Of a stretch of 64,000 nt of DNA, positions 9,801 to 18,554 are shown one piece after another. Position 1 is the stretch's first letter. The number at the start of each line of letters is the position of its first letter. Made by a program: the position numbers and the translations under genes. The stretch lies in the NCBI GenBank assembly GCA_963775425.1, contig CAVZJB010000005.1, positions 512,001 through 576,000 on the forward strand, written 5' to 3'. Origin of the DNA: an uncultured delta proteobacterium. GTDB taxonomy: Bacteria > Myxococcota > UBA727 > VGSZ01. The notes under the pieces were generated by a model, which worked only from the letters and a program-made list of their open reading frames with translations, searched no databases and had not been told where the DNA came from.

Positions 9801-11172
9801 GGACGGCAGCTCCGACCTCGCCGACGTCGCCATCGTGGCGCACAGCGGCGGCGTCTCCATGGTCGACGTCACCGGTCGCGACAACGTGGGCCTGCCGCCC
9901 ACGGAGATCGCGCGCGTGGACTCGCTCGGCCCGGTGGTCTCCGTCGACGTCATCGACACGGCCGCTTCGCAGTCCAAGCGCTTCGTCGCGGTGACGGACG
10001 AGGAGCTGTGCACCATCGACTTCACGAACGCCCTGCAGACCGACACGGTGGCGCCCGTCATCGACGCCGACGCCGGTCAAGAGGGCGACGACGGCGGCGT
10101 GGTGGACGCGGGCGTGGACGGCTTCCTCCAGGGCACGCGCATCGTCGGCTGCCTGCCGCACGGCCTCGACGCCGTCACCCGCGTCAAGCTCCACGGCCGC
10201 TTCGCGGTGGTGGCGCACAGCCGCGGCGTGACGCTGTTCCAGCTCGCGGACAGCGACGACGCGGCGGTGGTGGACCCCGGCGCGCCGCTGGCCGCCATCG
10301 CGACCTTCGAGACCACGCACCCGGCGCTCGACGTCGAGACCTCCGGCCGCTTCATGTACGTGGCCACGGGCCTCGGCGGCGTGGAGACCTTCGACATGGG
10401 CCCCTTCGTCTACCCGCTGTTCGATCAGGACAGCCACGATCCCCTCCAGGGCAGCACGGCGCGCGTCTCCCAGGCGCTCACCAACCAGCAGCAGGAGGCG
10501 GACACGCGCGGCATCGCCGTCTTCGGCAGCCGGCTGCTCGTGGCCGACGGCAAGAACGGCCTGCGCATCCTCGACATGGCGGTGCCCGCCAATCCGCGGC
10601 TCGAGCGCACCATCCGCGACGTCGCGGGCCAGGCGCCCATCGATCAGGCCACGGCGGTGGTGGTGGGGACGGAGACGGTGCGCAACTACGCGCTCGTCGC
10701 CGACGGCTCCCACGGCATCCGCGCGGTGAACATCACGCCGTCCACGGACCTGCGCCTGCAGCTCAAGGACGCGCTCGATCCGGCCAAGCGGGACGCCACC
10801 CGCGGCTTCCGGCTCTCCGAGGAGCGCTGGGACCCGCTCACGCCGTTCGACCCGAAGAACACGACGCCCAAGGTCTTCACCTACGCGACCAACGGGAACG
10901 CGGTCGCGTTGGCCAAGGGCCTGGCCTTCGACAACATCGCGGACAAGAGCGGCAGGCAGCTCCGGGACGGCTGGAGCATCGGCTCCACGACCCTGGATGA
11001 AGCCACCATCGCCAGAATGCGATCGGTGATCGTCAAAGAGGTCCAAGGTACGGTAGACATCTCCGGTGACGGCCTCGGATGCGTCGTGCGCGCAGGCGAC
11101 GAAAACGATGTGGCCAGGGACCCGGAGGATCAGAACCGATGCCTTCCTGTTCAGTCTCGAGGCGGCGAGTGA
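6841..11172 (+). CDS. Large multiheme c-type cytochrome lipoprotein (9 CxxCH + one CX12CH) with C-terminal LVIVD-like beta-propeller
   Basis: ATG 6841, lipobox LAVASAGC; CLGCH, CVDCH, CTSCH, CAQCH, CSDCH, CEDCH, CYSCH, CLTCH, CARCH; repeats FMYVATGLGGVETFD, LLVADGKNGLRILD, YALVADGSHGIRAVN; DxNxxG loops. Confidence 0.88.
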   Translation: MPFRRLHVFTLLSAAALAVASAGCSEKIEEKQAQLGGSCLGCHTGITDIHPQFALACVDCHGGHDDVPLPAVVDVRDQELLKASHVLPLDPEMWWPNGIDDNGDGRVDEQGEFFDGRVVDQDGNAGLAEGRQAPRFEFDSEINRDLNYLRFINPGDLRVAEVSCGGHNKNANAAMVCHAETVYDVRRSIMATNAGVSAGALYGNAQLPTAADYGSAFAQSQVGQDFDARNPRIGRAAYTFNYEAMDANYDPVSNTFDHDGLLAAAKANLDPDDDLYEATAGAVSDDGSAKDPFGNPLDPGPGLTRTGNQLKFFNPTDKTNNRAIDVLEYIGNGANRTFPPPGTGIELRLQKILEGLGVARQSPIRNAIPNDGKPIINPVDAALRSFRAYHVLNFMSPSDNFGFKDFTTSPNEDDPPPNDPNDVELQNNNNPFGRFLSSGCTSCHVEYAKDGHNEEPIDRTVADNGRQPETALPFGIRQDLGQRAYAKRHEIKTAVQLNTCAQCHGFVTRVDYAAEGKFELEVDFTNLSQVQTIGPFTFSTPKTACVNVFDNLAHYKDGKILNEGEGVSEDLNNNGELDEGEDKNNNGCLDIPNRVARSDAFDGRQSKLIYGGANGSVHLQDIHIEEGMACSDCHVTSVHGDSNLYTRNWDAEPMECEDCHGTSYAKAKLISSGPNGGDKFTDPVWNTPFGKPWFEEKDGKIIEHSRTQAGLEWEVAQLVDEKVGDAKTAYAKYAHEQPAETIPNPGREQEARAFAHMQEAGKPGGLECYSCHSSWQPNCLTCHLKMDVGKAKQEIWWGDDDESEIFFQLFSYTRSPFYLGRGGDVEGNRISTYRSTMQTHLTVTATVGNQGFTLLDNAMVASNQHLSSMVSNPYFPHTVRVTETKSCARCHTLEDEQGRIENDHLITEATGQGSGRYMNLGDWGLVATTNGFQQIDLKAEGGTFNAQAKAPGITFPGFDFSDVNPRHADFLVGNATDVAMLRGVAFEDGSSDLADVAIVAHSGGVSMVDVTGRDNVGLPPTEIARVDSLGPVVSVDVIDTAASQSKRFVAVTDEELCTIDFTNALQTDTVAPVIDADAGQEGDDGGVVDAGVDGFLQGTRIVGCLPHGLDAVTRVKLHGRFAVVAHSRGVTLFQLADSDDAAVVDPGAPLAAIATFETTHPALDVETSGRFMYVATGLGGVETFDMGPFVYPLFDQDSHDPLQGSTARVSQALTNQQQEADTRGIAVFGSRLLVADGKNGLRILDMAVPANPRLERTIRDVAGQAPIDQATAVVVGTETVRNYALVADGSHGIRAVNITPSTDLRLQLKDALDPAKRDATRGFRLSEERWDPLTPFDPKNTTPKVFTYATNGNAVALAKGLAFDNIADKSGRQLRDGWSIGSTTLDEATIARMRSVIVKEVQGTVDISGDGLGCVVRAGDENDVARDPEDQNRCLPVQSRGGE

Positions 11173-12890
11173 AGCTCGCGACCCCGGCCGCCGCCCTGTT
11201 TCTCCTCGTGGGAACGGTGGCGGCGGCGAGGGCGGACGCGCAGACAGTCGATGCGTCCGTAGTTCCCACCTATGTGGACAGCGTGCAGCGCGGCCTTCGC
11301 CTGCGCATGGACCTGTGGGGTCGTGAGGCCCTGATCGGCAACCCCGATCCGCCGGTCCAGCTCATCGTCCCGGATGTCGTCAACGAGAAGAACGACACGG
11401 ACGTGGGCGGCATGGTGATCCTGGGCTGGGACAGGCCCTTCGGCGTCCCGCTGACCACCGATCTCATGGGCGACGTCACGAGCGACATCGGCGGTGACTC
11501 GCCGGTGAGCCCGTTCCTCGACGACACGAGCGTCGCGCCCAAGGCCCACATCTATTCGGCGTTCATCGGGCTGTCGGGGGCGCCGGGCGAGGCGCTCGAG
11601 CCGTTCAAGCTCAACATCGGCCGCATGACACAGGTGAGCGAGTCCCCGATCACCTACGACGGCATCTCCACCGGCGTGAACCTCAAGTTCCCCAAGCTCG
11701 GCTTCCTGAACGCCAAGGTCTGGGGCGGCCTCGACGCGCCCCAGCACCTCGCCGCCGATCCCTTCTCCCGCACCGACGCCAAGTACTACCAGGAGCAGTA
11801 CCAGGACCTCTCCGGCTTCGTGTCGCCCACCGGCGGCAAGGAGATCGTTCGCAGCCCGCTCGACTTCAACGCCGACGGCACCCAGGACCCGAACCTCAAC
11901 GCGGTGTTCGGTCTCGACGTCGAGGGCCGCTTCGCGGGCGTCGGCTTCACGCTCACGCACACCTCCATGCCTGCCGCGGGCAGCATCGTCACAGACGAGG
12001 AGAACAACGTGTTCCTGCCGCTCCAGCGCACCACGCTCGAGGGCAGCTACGGTGACGACAGCGATCTGTTGTCATGGATGGTGGCGGCGGACCTGAAGGC
12101 GTCGGACTTCCTGCCGCGCTCCACCGCGCTCAAGGGCGACGTCCTCACCGGCGACGGCACCACCCGCATCGGCGGCAACGTGACGTACCAGTTCCTCGAC
12201 GACATCTGCGCCTACGACTGCACCTTCCGCGCGTTCGACCCCGCCAACAACATCGATCAGGTCCCCGATCAAGGCGCGGTGCTCACCAACGATCAGGTGG
12301 AGGCGGCGCGGGTGCACGATCAGATCCGCCACCTCAACATCGGACCGGCCAAGCCCAACATCGCCCTCGTCGTCGATGCCGAGCGCCAGCTCCCCGCGGG
12401 CTTCACCGCCCTGTTGCGGGGCCGGGTGCGCCAGCACTTCAACGCGGCCGACCTCGATTACTTCCGCACCAACGTCTACGAGGCGGGCGCGGGGGCGAGC
12501 TGGTCCACGGGCCTCGCGCTCGAGGTCGGCACCGAGGTCTACGGTGGCGCCCTCGACTCCGGCGCCGCCGCGGACAAGGGGCTCGACTACACCCTCGTTC
12601 AGGAAGGGATCACCTCCTACGTCGAGAATCGCACCTGGGTCCGCACCGTCCTTCTGGAGGGGAAGCTGTCGAACCTGGCCGAGGCCTTCGTGCGCAGAGA
12701 GGACATCCAGACCAAGGCGCTCGTCGCCTCCGGCCAGTGGAGCGGCGCCTTCGCCGACACGCTGCGCTACGACGTCATCGACTTCTGGTCCGTCTCCGCC
12801 CGGCTCGACGCGGATGCGCTGTCGCCGGTCGACACGCTGAACGGCTCGGGGTACCTCGGGGCCCTGGTGGCGACCTCACTCAAGTTCTGA
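11169..12890 (+). CDS. Probable outer-membrane beta-barrel (porin-like) protein
   Basis: GTG overlaps upstream TGA; signal peptide MKLATPAAALFLLVGTVAAARADA; alternating amphipathic strands; C-terminal ...LGALVATSLKF ending in Phe; sits between multiheme genes. Confidence 0.7.
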   Translation: MKLATPAAALFLLVGTVAAARADAQTVDASVVPTYVDSVQRGLRLRMDLWGREALIGNPDPPVQLIVPDVVNEKNDTDVGGMVILGWDRPFGVPLTTDLMGDVTSDIGGDSPVSPFLDDTSVAPKAHIYSAFIGLSGAPGEALEPFKLNIGRMTQVSESPITYDGISTGVNLKFPKLGFLNAKVWGGLDAPQHLAADPFSRTDAKYYQEQYQDLSGFVSPTGGKEIVRSPLDFNADGTQDPNLNAVFGLDVEGRFAGVGFTLTHTSMPAAGSIVTDEENNVFLPLQRTTLEGSYGDDSDLLSWMVAADLKASDFLPRSTALKGDVLTGDGTTRIGGNVTYQFLDDICAYDCTFRAFDPANNIDQVPDQGAVLTNDQVEAARVHDQIRHLNIGPAKPNIALVVDAERQLPAGFTALLRGRVRQHFNAADLDYFRTNVYEAGAGASWSTGLALEVGTEVYGGALDSGAAADKGLDYTLVQEGITSYVENRTWVRTVLLEGKLSNLAEAFVRREDIQTKALVASGQWSGAFADTLRYDVIDFWSVSARLDADALSPVDTLNGSGYLGALVATSLKF

Positions 12891-12912
12891 ACTCTCTCTT
12901 TCGGATGACGCC

Positions 12913-13908
12913 GTGAACCTGCGATCGCTCGCCCCCCTCGGACTCTCCCTGGCAGTCGCCGCCACGTGCGCCGGCGTGGGCGTCGCGTTCGCCGCCCACG
13001 CGGCGCCCCCCGCGCCGCCGCCGGCCGCGCCGCCGCCGCCGGCGGCCACGGGCAACGGCCCGCCCACGGGGATGAACCTCATCGACACCTCGAGCCCCTT
13101 CGACCACGACGTCCACCTGAACCCCGCCAAGATGGGCGGCAAGAAGATGGGCTGCGAGTCCTGCCACAAGATGGTGAACAAGGACGGCACCTGCCCCAAG
13201 CAGGAGGTGCGGTTCCCCGAGCACGACGCCTGCCAGGCGTGCCACACGGCGAACTTCTATACGCAGCCGCTCACCATCTGCACCAACTGCCACAAGGCCA
13301 ACATCTTCCAGAAGCGGCCGCCGCTGCGCGAGCTGACCCGGCAGGTCACGCCGCGCAAGGCGGAGTTCTCGCACCGAAGCCACCTCGATGCGAAGAAGGG
13401 CACGGACTGCACCTCGTGCCACTCGGTGCTCAGGGGCGGCCTCGTCATCGGGCACCCGAGCCACCCGAACTGCTGCCAGTGCCACTCGGGCCCCGGGCTC
13501 AACGGCAAGATCGCCGAGCCGCACATGAACAAGTGCGGCTCCTGCCATGACACGGCGAAGAACGCCGGGCGTCCGCCGTCCACCATCCACGACTTCAGCC
13601 ACAAGATGCACCGCGAAGACCCGCGTACGCATACGTCGGTGGCGTGCCAGCAGTGCCACATCAACATGGTCCAGGCCACGACGCTGCGGCAGATCCGCAT
13701 CCCGCCGATGCCCGTGTGCCTGCAGTGCCATGACGGCTCCGATCCGAACAAGCCGAACCCCAAGAACCCGGCGTGGAGCGGCACGGGCGCGTTCAACTTC
13801 ACCGCGTGCCTGAAGTGCCACCTCCCGGGCAGCATCCAGAACCGCCCGCTGCCTCCGGGCCACCCGGGGGCTCCCACCGCTCCCACCGAGGCGGGGGCCA
13901 ACCCATGA
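12913..13908 (+). CDS. Periplasmic nonaheme cytochrome c (three c7-like triheme units)
   Basis: Signal peptide; 9 CxxCH (CESCH, CQACH, CTNCH, CTSCH, CCQCH, CGSCH, CQQCH, CLQCH, CLKCH), each triplet preceded by F[DS]HxxH. Confidence 0.9.
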   Translation: MNLRSLAPLGLSLAVAATCAGVGVAFAAHAAPPAPPPAAPPPPAATGNGPPTGMNLIDTSSPFDHDVHLNPAKMGGKKMGCESCHKMVNKDGTCPKQEVRFPEHDACQACHTANFYTQPLTICTNCHKANIFQKRPPLRELTRQVTPRKAEFSHRSHLDAKKGTDCTSCHSVLRGGLVIGHPSHPNCCQCHSGPGLNGKIAEPHMNKCGSCHDTAKNAGRPPSTIHDFSHKMHREDPRTHTSVACQQCHINMVQATTLRQIRIPPMPVCLQCHDGSDPNKPNPKNPAWSGTGAFNFTACLKCHLPGSIQNRPLPPGHPGAPTAPTEAGANP

Positions 13909-15950
13909 GTGCCGCTGTCTTCCGCCGCCGCGTCCGCGCGGCGCTGCCCTTCGCCGGTCTCGCGGTCCTCGTCGTCGCCGGCGCGCTCGTGGTGAACGGG
14001 GCCATGGCCACCGAGCGCCACAAGGTCGAGGACGGCGAGACCGTCGAGGCCATCGCGCAGGCGATGTACGGCGATCCCGGCAAGGCCGCCATCGTCCGCG
14101 CGGCGAACAAGATCCCCGACGGCGAGCAGCCGGCGGTGGGCGCGTTCCTCAAGATCCCCGGGCCGCTGATCCACACGGTGCAGGCCGGTGAGAACCTGCA
14201 GAAGGTCGCCGACCGCTTCCTCTCCGGCGAGGGCGGCGCGGCCATCATCGCCGAGGCCAACGGTCTCGCGGCCAACGCGCACTTGAAGCCCGGCCAGGTG
14301 CTGACGGTGCCGGCCGAGGTGGAGCTGCGCACCAAGGGCAAGTCCGCGGAGGACATCGCCACCGCGCTCCTCGGCGACGCGCACCTCGGCGCGCGCATCC
14401 GCCGCTACAACGGCGTCGCCGACGGCGGGAAGCTGCCCGCCAAGATCTACGTGCCCCTCGTCGGCATCGAGCCGCTCGGCGCGCCCGGCGCCGTCGCGGT
14501 CGCGCCCGCCGCGCCTGCGCCTGCGCCCACGCCGGCGCCGCCGACGGCGCCCGCGCCCGTCCCCGCCGCGCCGGTCCCCGCCGCGCCGGTCCCCGCGCCG
14601 GCCGCGCCTGCACCGGCGGCGCCTGCGCCCGCGGCGCCTGCTCCCGCGGCGCCTGCTCCGGCGGCGCCGGCCCCGCTGCGCCGGCGGCTCCGGCCCCCGC
14701 GGCCCGCGCCCGCGCCCGCGCCCGTGCCCGCGCCCGTGCCCGCGATGTCGCCTGCGATGGGCGGCCCGATCGATCTCACGATGCCGGTCACGGGCAAGCG
14801 CGCCACGCTCGCGGGCTTCTCGCACGCGCTGCACACGCCGCTGCAGATCGGCGGCAAGCCCGTCGGCTGCCTCGTGTGCCACGAGCGCGTGTCGCCGGAG
14901 TCCGTCGAGCACAAGGCGCCGTCCAAGGACAACTGCATGCTCTGCCACAAGGTGAGCGACGACATGCCGGCGCAGCTTCGCAAGGGACAGATCAAGCGGC
15001 TGCCGCTGCCGATGAACCACGAGCTGCACGTCGGGCAGAACGGCCTCGACTGCATCATCTGCCATCGCAACGAGCCCGAGCGGGCGCTCGGCATCATCAC
15101 CAACGGCCACGCGGCCTGCACCGTCTGCCACAACGCCAACGGCGGAAAGACGCCGTACGTCGGCGGCGACCCCGAGGGCGCGATGTGCACGCAGTGCCAC
15201 GGCACCGTCGAGCAGGTCGACGAGGGCAACGAGCACACCAAGTACCTGCGCGCGCACCTGATGCGTCCCGTGGGCCGCGTGGGCGACGTGAGCTTCACGC
15301 ACATGACGCACGCGGCGTTCTCCGAGAGCGGCGCGCCGGGCAGCGGTCCCGCCATCGACTGCAAGACCTGCCACGTCGACGCGTACACGGCAGAGCGCAA
15401 GGAAGACATCTCCAAGGTGCAGATGCAGGGCTGCCTCGAGTGCCACCGCGAGGCGAACGCGGTGGGGCTTCAGCCGCCGCAGTCGTGCAACGGCTGCCAC
15501 CTCTATCTGCGTCGCGGCGAGATGCCGATCAACCAGCTCACGCTCAAGAAGCCCATCGACCACACGCCGTTCTTCCGACGTCACCACGCCGACGCGGCGC
15601 GCGACAACGCGCCCCTATGCGCGTCGTGCCACGTGGGCTCCGACGGCGCGGACGGTAGCCGCTGCGACACCTGCCACATGACGATGAAGCCGCGCGATCA
15701 CACCGCCGGCTTCCGCGACAAGGTGCATGGGCGGGAGTCGCAGATCGATCCTGCGCGTTGCCAGGTCTGTCACCGCGCCGAGCGCTGCGAGAGCTGCCAC
15801 CGAGAAGTGCCCAAGAGCCACTTCCCGCTGAACGTCTGGGTCGACAAGGGTCTCCACGGCTCGCGCGGCCGCCTCGAGATGGGCGCATGCCTCACCTGCC
15901 ACCGCTTCGAGACCACCTGCCAGCGTTGCCACACCGCCGTCGCCAAGTAG
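13905..15950 (+). CDS. 3xLysM + Pro/Ala linker + 14-heme cytochrome c
   Basis: ATGA overlap with upstream gene; N-terminal signal/TM; LysM-like HKVEDGETVEAIA, HTVQAGENLQKVA and a degenerate third; 14 CxxCH. Confidence 0.88.
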   Translation: MSAAVFRRRVRAALPFAGLAVLVVAGALVVNGAMATERHKVEDGETVEAIAQAMYGDPGKAAIVRAANKIPDGEQPAVGAFLKIPGPLIHTVQAGENLQKVADRFLSGEGGAAIIAEANGLAANAHLKPGQVLTVPAEVELRTKGKSAEDIATALLGDAHLGARIRRYNGVADGGKLPAKIYVPLVGIEPLGAPGAVAVAPAAPAPAPTPAPPTAPAPVPAAPVPAAPVPAPAAPAPAAPAPAAPAPAAPAPAAPAPLRRRLRPPRPAPAPAPVPAPVPAMSPAMGGPIDLTMPVTGKRATLAGFSHALHTPLQIGGKPVGCLVCHERVSPESVEHKAPSKDNCMLCHKVSDDMPAQLRKGQIKRLPLPMNHELHVGQNGLDCIICHRNEPERALGIITNGHAACTVCHNANGGKTPYVGGDPEGAMCTQCHGTVEQVDEGNEHTKYLRAHLMRPVGRVGDVSFTHMTHAAFSESGAPGSGPAIDCKTCHVDAYTAERKEDISKVQMQGCLECHREANAVGLQPPQSCNGCHLYLRRGEMPINQLTLKKPIDHTPFFRRHHADAARDNAPLCASCHVGSDGADGSRCDTCHMTMKPRDHTAGFRDKVHGRESQIDPARCQVCHRAERCESCHREVPKSHFPLNVWVDKGLHGSRGRLEMGACLTCHRFETTCQRCHTAVAK

Positions 15951-15971
15951 GGCGGGGGCTCGTCCCCCGCC
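15951..15971 (+). terminator. GC hairpin after cytochrome operon (possible terminator)
   Basis: GGCGGGGG-CTCGT-CCCCCGCC, perfect 8-bp stem right after the stop; no U-tract. Confidence 0.35.
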
Positions 15972-15979
15972 TCGCGACC

Positions 15980-16303
15980 CCGGCGCCATGGCCAACGCCG
16001 GCGCCATGGCCAACGCCGGCGCCATGGCCAACGCCGTCGCCGTGGCCAACGCCGGCGCCATGGCCAACGCGGGCGCCGCTGGCGCTGCCGGCGCCGTGGC
16101 AAACGCCGGCGTCGCCGCCGACGCCGGCGCCGTGGCCAACGCGGCGCATCGCCAACGCCGGCGCCATGGCCCACGCCGGCGTCATGGCCCACGCCGGCGC
16201 CGTGGCCCACGCCGGCGCCGCCCGCGCTGCCGGCGCCGTGGCCCACGCCGGCGCCGCGGCCCACGCCGGCGCTGCCGGCGCCGTGGCCCACGCCGGCGCC
16301 GCC
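15980..16303 (+). repeat. Degenerate 18-bp tandem repeat (GCCGGCGCC[A/G]TGGCC[A/C]AC)
   Basis: About 17 degenerate units encoding AGAMAN/AGAVAH, with a frame slip near 16141-16150. Confidence 0.85.
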
Positions 16304-18526
16304 GTGAGCCGCCGGCGCTTCGTCATCCTCGTCGTCGCGGCGCCTCTGGCCGCGGCGGCGTTGGCCACGGCGGCGCTCGGCGTCACGGGGACCGGGCTCG
16401 CGGCCACGCCCGAGCTTCATCGCGATCTCGTCTTCGCCGCCGGCCACCCCGACACGCTCGACTACCGGCATGACGATCCCTCCGCCTACAGCATCTGGCT
16501 GCCCTCGGACGTCTTCGTCCACCGCGCCCTCCGCGACGGCGAGCTCCCGCTGTGGGACCCCGCCGACGGCGGCGGCTTCTCTCCCGTGCGCCGCCTCTAC
16601 CCCGGCGCGCTCCATCCGCTGCGCGCGCTCGCCGCCCTCGTCCCGGAGCCGCAGGCGTCGAGCTTCGTCGTGCTCCTCGCGCTCGCGCTCGCCTTCGCCG
16701 GCGCCGCCCTCTGGCTCGAGCGCCTCACCGCTTCCCGCGCCGCGGCCCTCGTCGGCGCCGGCGCGTTCGCGTGCTCGGCGCACATGCTCTCGGGCCTGCA
16801 GCTCAATCTCCCGCTCGTCTACGCCCACGTCCCGTGGCTGGCCCTCGCCCTCGATCGCCTGCTCGACGACGACGCGGGCGCCGGCGCCACCTTCGCCGCC
16901 GCCGCGCTGACGGCGAGCCTCGCCGCGTCGGGGCACCCCGGCTGCGCGCTGTGTGCGGGCGTGGCGGCGGCGAGCGCCGTCGCCGGCCGCCCGCCGCCGC
17001 AGGGGGGCCCCGCGCGCGGCGGCCGCCGGGGCTGGGCGCGCGTGACGGCCGCGCTCGTCGCGGGCGCGCTGCTCGCCGCGCCGGCATGGCTGCCGTTCCT
17101 CGGAGAGCTGCGCGACGCCTACACGTACAAGGCCGGCTCCGCTTTCGCCCACAGCTACGCCCCGTTCCTGTGGCGCGCGTGGCCCTCGCTGTTGCTCGCC
17201 GTCGTCGCCGGCGACGCGGGCCCGTGGGGCGATCACTTCCACGCGTACGGCTGGCTCGGCCCGGCCGTGGTGGCGCTCGCGATGATCGGCGCGGGGGTCG
17301 CCTGGAGGCGGGGAGGCCGCCGGCTGCTCGTCTGGCTCGTCGTGGCGTTCCTCTTTTGTGTCCCGGGTCCGTGGATGCGCGTGGTGCAGGACCTGCCCGG
17401 CCTGGCGCAGGTGAAGGTCTGGTACCTCTACACGTGGCTCGTGTTCGCCGCCGCCACCGCCGCCGCCGTGGGCTTCGCCGCGCTCGCGGCCCGCGTGCCG
17501 CTCCTGCGCCGGCCCGTCGTCGTCGGCGCCGTCGCGCTCTTGTTGTCGTCGACGTCGGCGGCGCGCATGGCCGTGTGGATCAAGCCCCACGACGCCGCGC
17601 TCGTGCCGGCGAGCGCCGCGCTGGCCGCGCTGGCGTCGGCGCAATCGTCGTCGTCGCCGGCGTCCGGGCCCGTTCGGCTCGTCGGGCCGCCGGGCCAGGC
17701 GCACCTGCCGAACCTGGCGTCCATCACCGGGATCGACGACGTGCGTGTGCACGGACCGACGCTGTCACGCCGCTACACCGAGTGGATGCGCTGCATCGAC
17801 CCCGACATCCTCCGCCGCGCGTTCCCCACCACGCGCATGACGCCGCTCGTGGACCACCCGCTGTTGAAGAGCTTCGCCGTCGGTTACGCGATCGAGCCCC
17901 TGGTGCCGCCGGCGTCCGAGTGGAAGGTGGCGGAGGACGCGGCGCCTGACGGCGCGTCGCGGATCACGCCACGCGGCCCGCTCGACCTCGTCGTCGACGA
18001 CGGCTTCGTGCGCTTGTGGCGGATCCCCGGCGCGCGTGCGCGGGTGTCGGGCGCGCGGCCGCTCTCGCTGGTCGGCGTCGAGGCCGACGCGCTCGCGACG
18101 CTCTCTCGCGCGCCGCCGGACGCGGCCGACACGCGCGACGTCGTGGAGACCTCCGGCCTCGACGCCGCGGGGCGCGCGTCGCTCGAAGCCATGGCGGCCG
18201 CGCCGGGCGCGCTGACGGTCACGCGCTCTTCGCGGCCGAGCCGGCGCCGCCTCGAGGTCGACGTCGATGCCGCGGCGCCGACGTTGGTGGTGATCGCCGA
18301 GCTGTACGAGGCCGGGTGGAGCGCCACCGTCGACGGGCGCCCGGCGCCGGTGGTGCCGGTGAACCTGGTGGCGCGCGGGATCCCGGTGCCCGCCGGGCCT
18401 CACCGGGTGCAGATGCGGTACCTGCCGCCGTTGTTCCTCGCGGGCTGCGCCTCGTCGCTGTCGACCCTGGCCGTGCTCGTGGGGCTCGTCCTGGCGGCGC
18501 GCCGTCTTCGTCGCCGTCACCGGTGA
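16304..18526 (+). CDS. YfhO-family / GT-C-like integral membrane protein (start uncertain)
   Basis: GELPLWDP...GG motif, many TM helices, C-terminal LVVIAELYEAGWSATVDGRPAPVVPVNLVARGIPVPAGPHRVQMRYLPP. Confidence 0.75.
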   Translation: MSRRRFVILVVAAPLAAAALATAALGVTGTGLAATPELHRDLVFAAGHPDTLDYRHDDPSAYSIWLPSDVFVHRALRDGELPLWDPADGGGFSPVRRLYPGALHPLRALAALVPEPQASSFVVLLALALAFAGAALWLERLTASRAAALVGAGAFACSAHMLSGLQLNLPLVYAHVPWLALALDRLLDDDAGAGATFAAAALTASLAASGHPGCALCAGVAAASAVAGRPPPQGGPARGGRRGWARVTAALVAGALLAAPAWLPFLGELRDAYTYKAGSAFAHSYAPFLWRAWPSLLLAVVAGDAGPWGDHFHAYGWLGPAVVALAMIGAGVAWRRGGRRLLVWLVVAFLFCVPGPWMRVVQDLPGLAQVKVWYLYTWLVFAAATAAAVGFAALAARVPLLRRPVVVGAVALLLSSTSAARMAVWIKPHDAALVPASAALAALASAQSSSSPASGPVRLVGPPGQAHLPNLASITGIDDVRVHGPTLSRRYTEWMRCIDPDILRRAFPTTRMTPLVDHPLLKSFAVGYAIEPLVPPASEWKVAEDAAPDGASRITPRGPLDLVVDDGFVRLWRIPGARARVSGARPLSLVGVEADALATLSRAPPDAADTRDVVETSGLDAAGRASLEAMAAAPGALTVTRSSRPSRRRLEVDVDAAAPTLVVIAELYEAGWSATVDGRPAPVVPVNLVARGIPVPAGPHRVQMRYLPPLFLAGCASSLSTLAVLVGLVLAARRLRRRHR

Positions 18527-18554
18527 GCGCGGCGCGCCCACGCCGCCGCTCGCG

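Noticed and set aside
14670-14705. PLRRRLRPPR basic patch in the Pro/Ala linker of the LysM cytochrome
   Set aside because: Explained by compensating -1/-2 indels in the APAAP repeat; likely sequencing error or slippage, not a motif.
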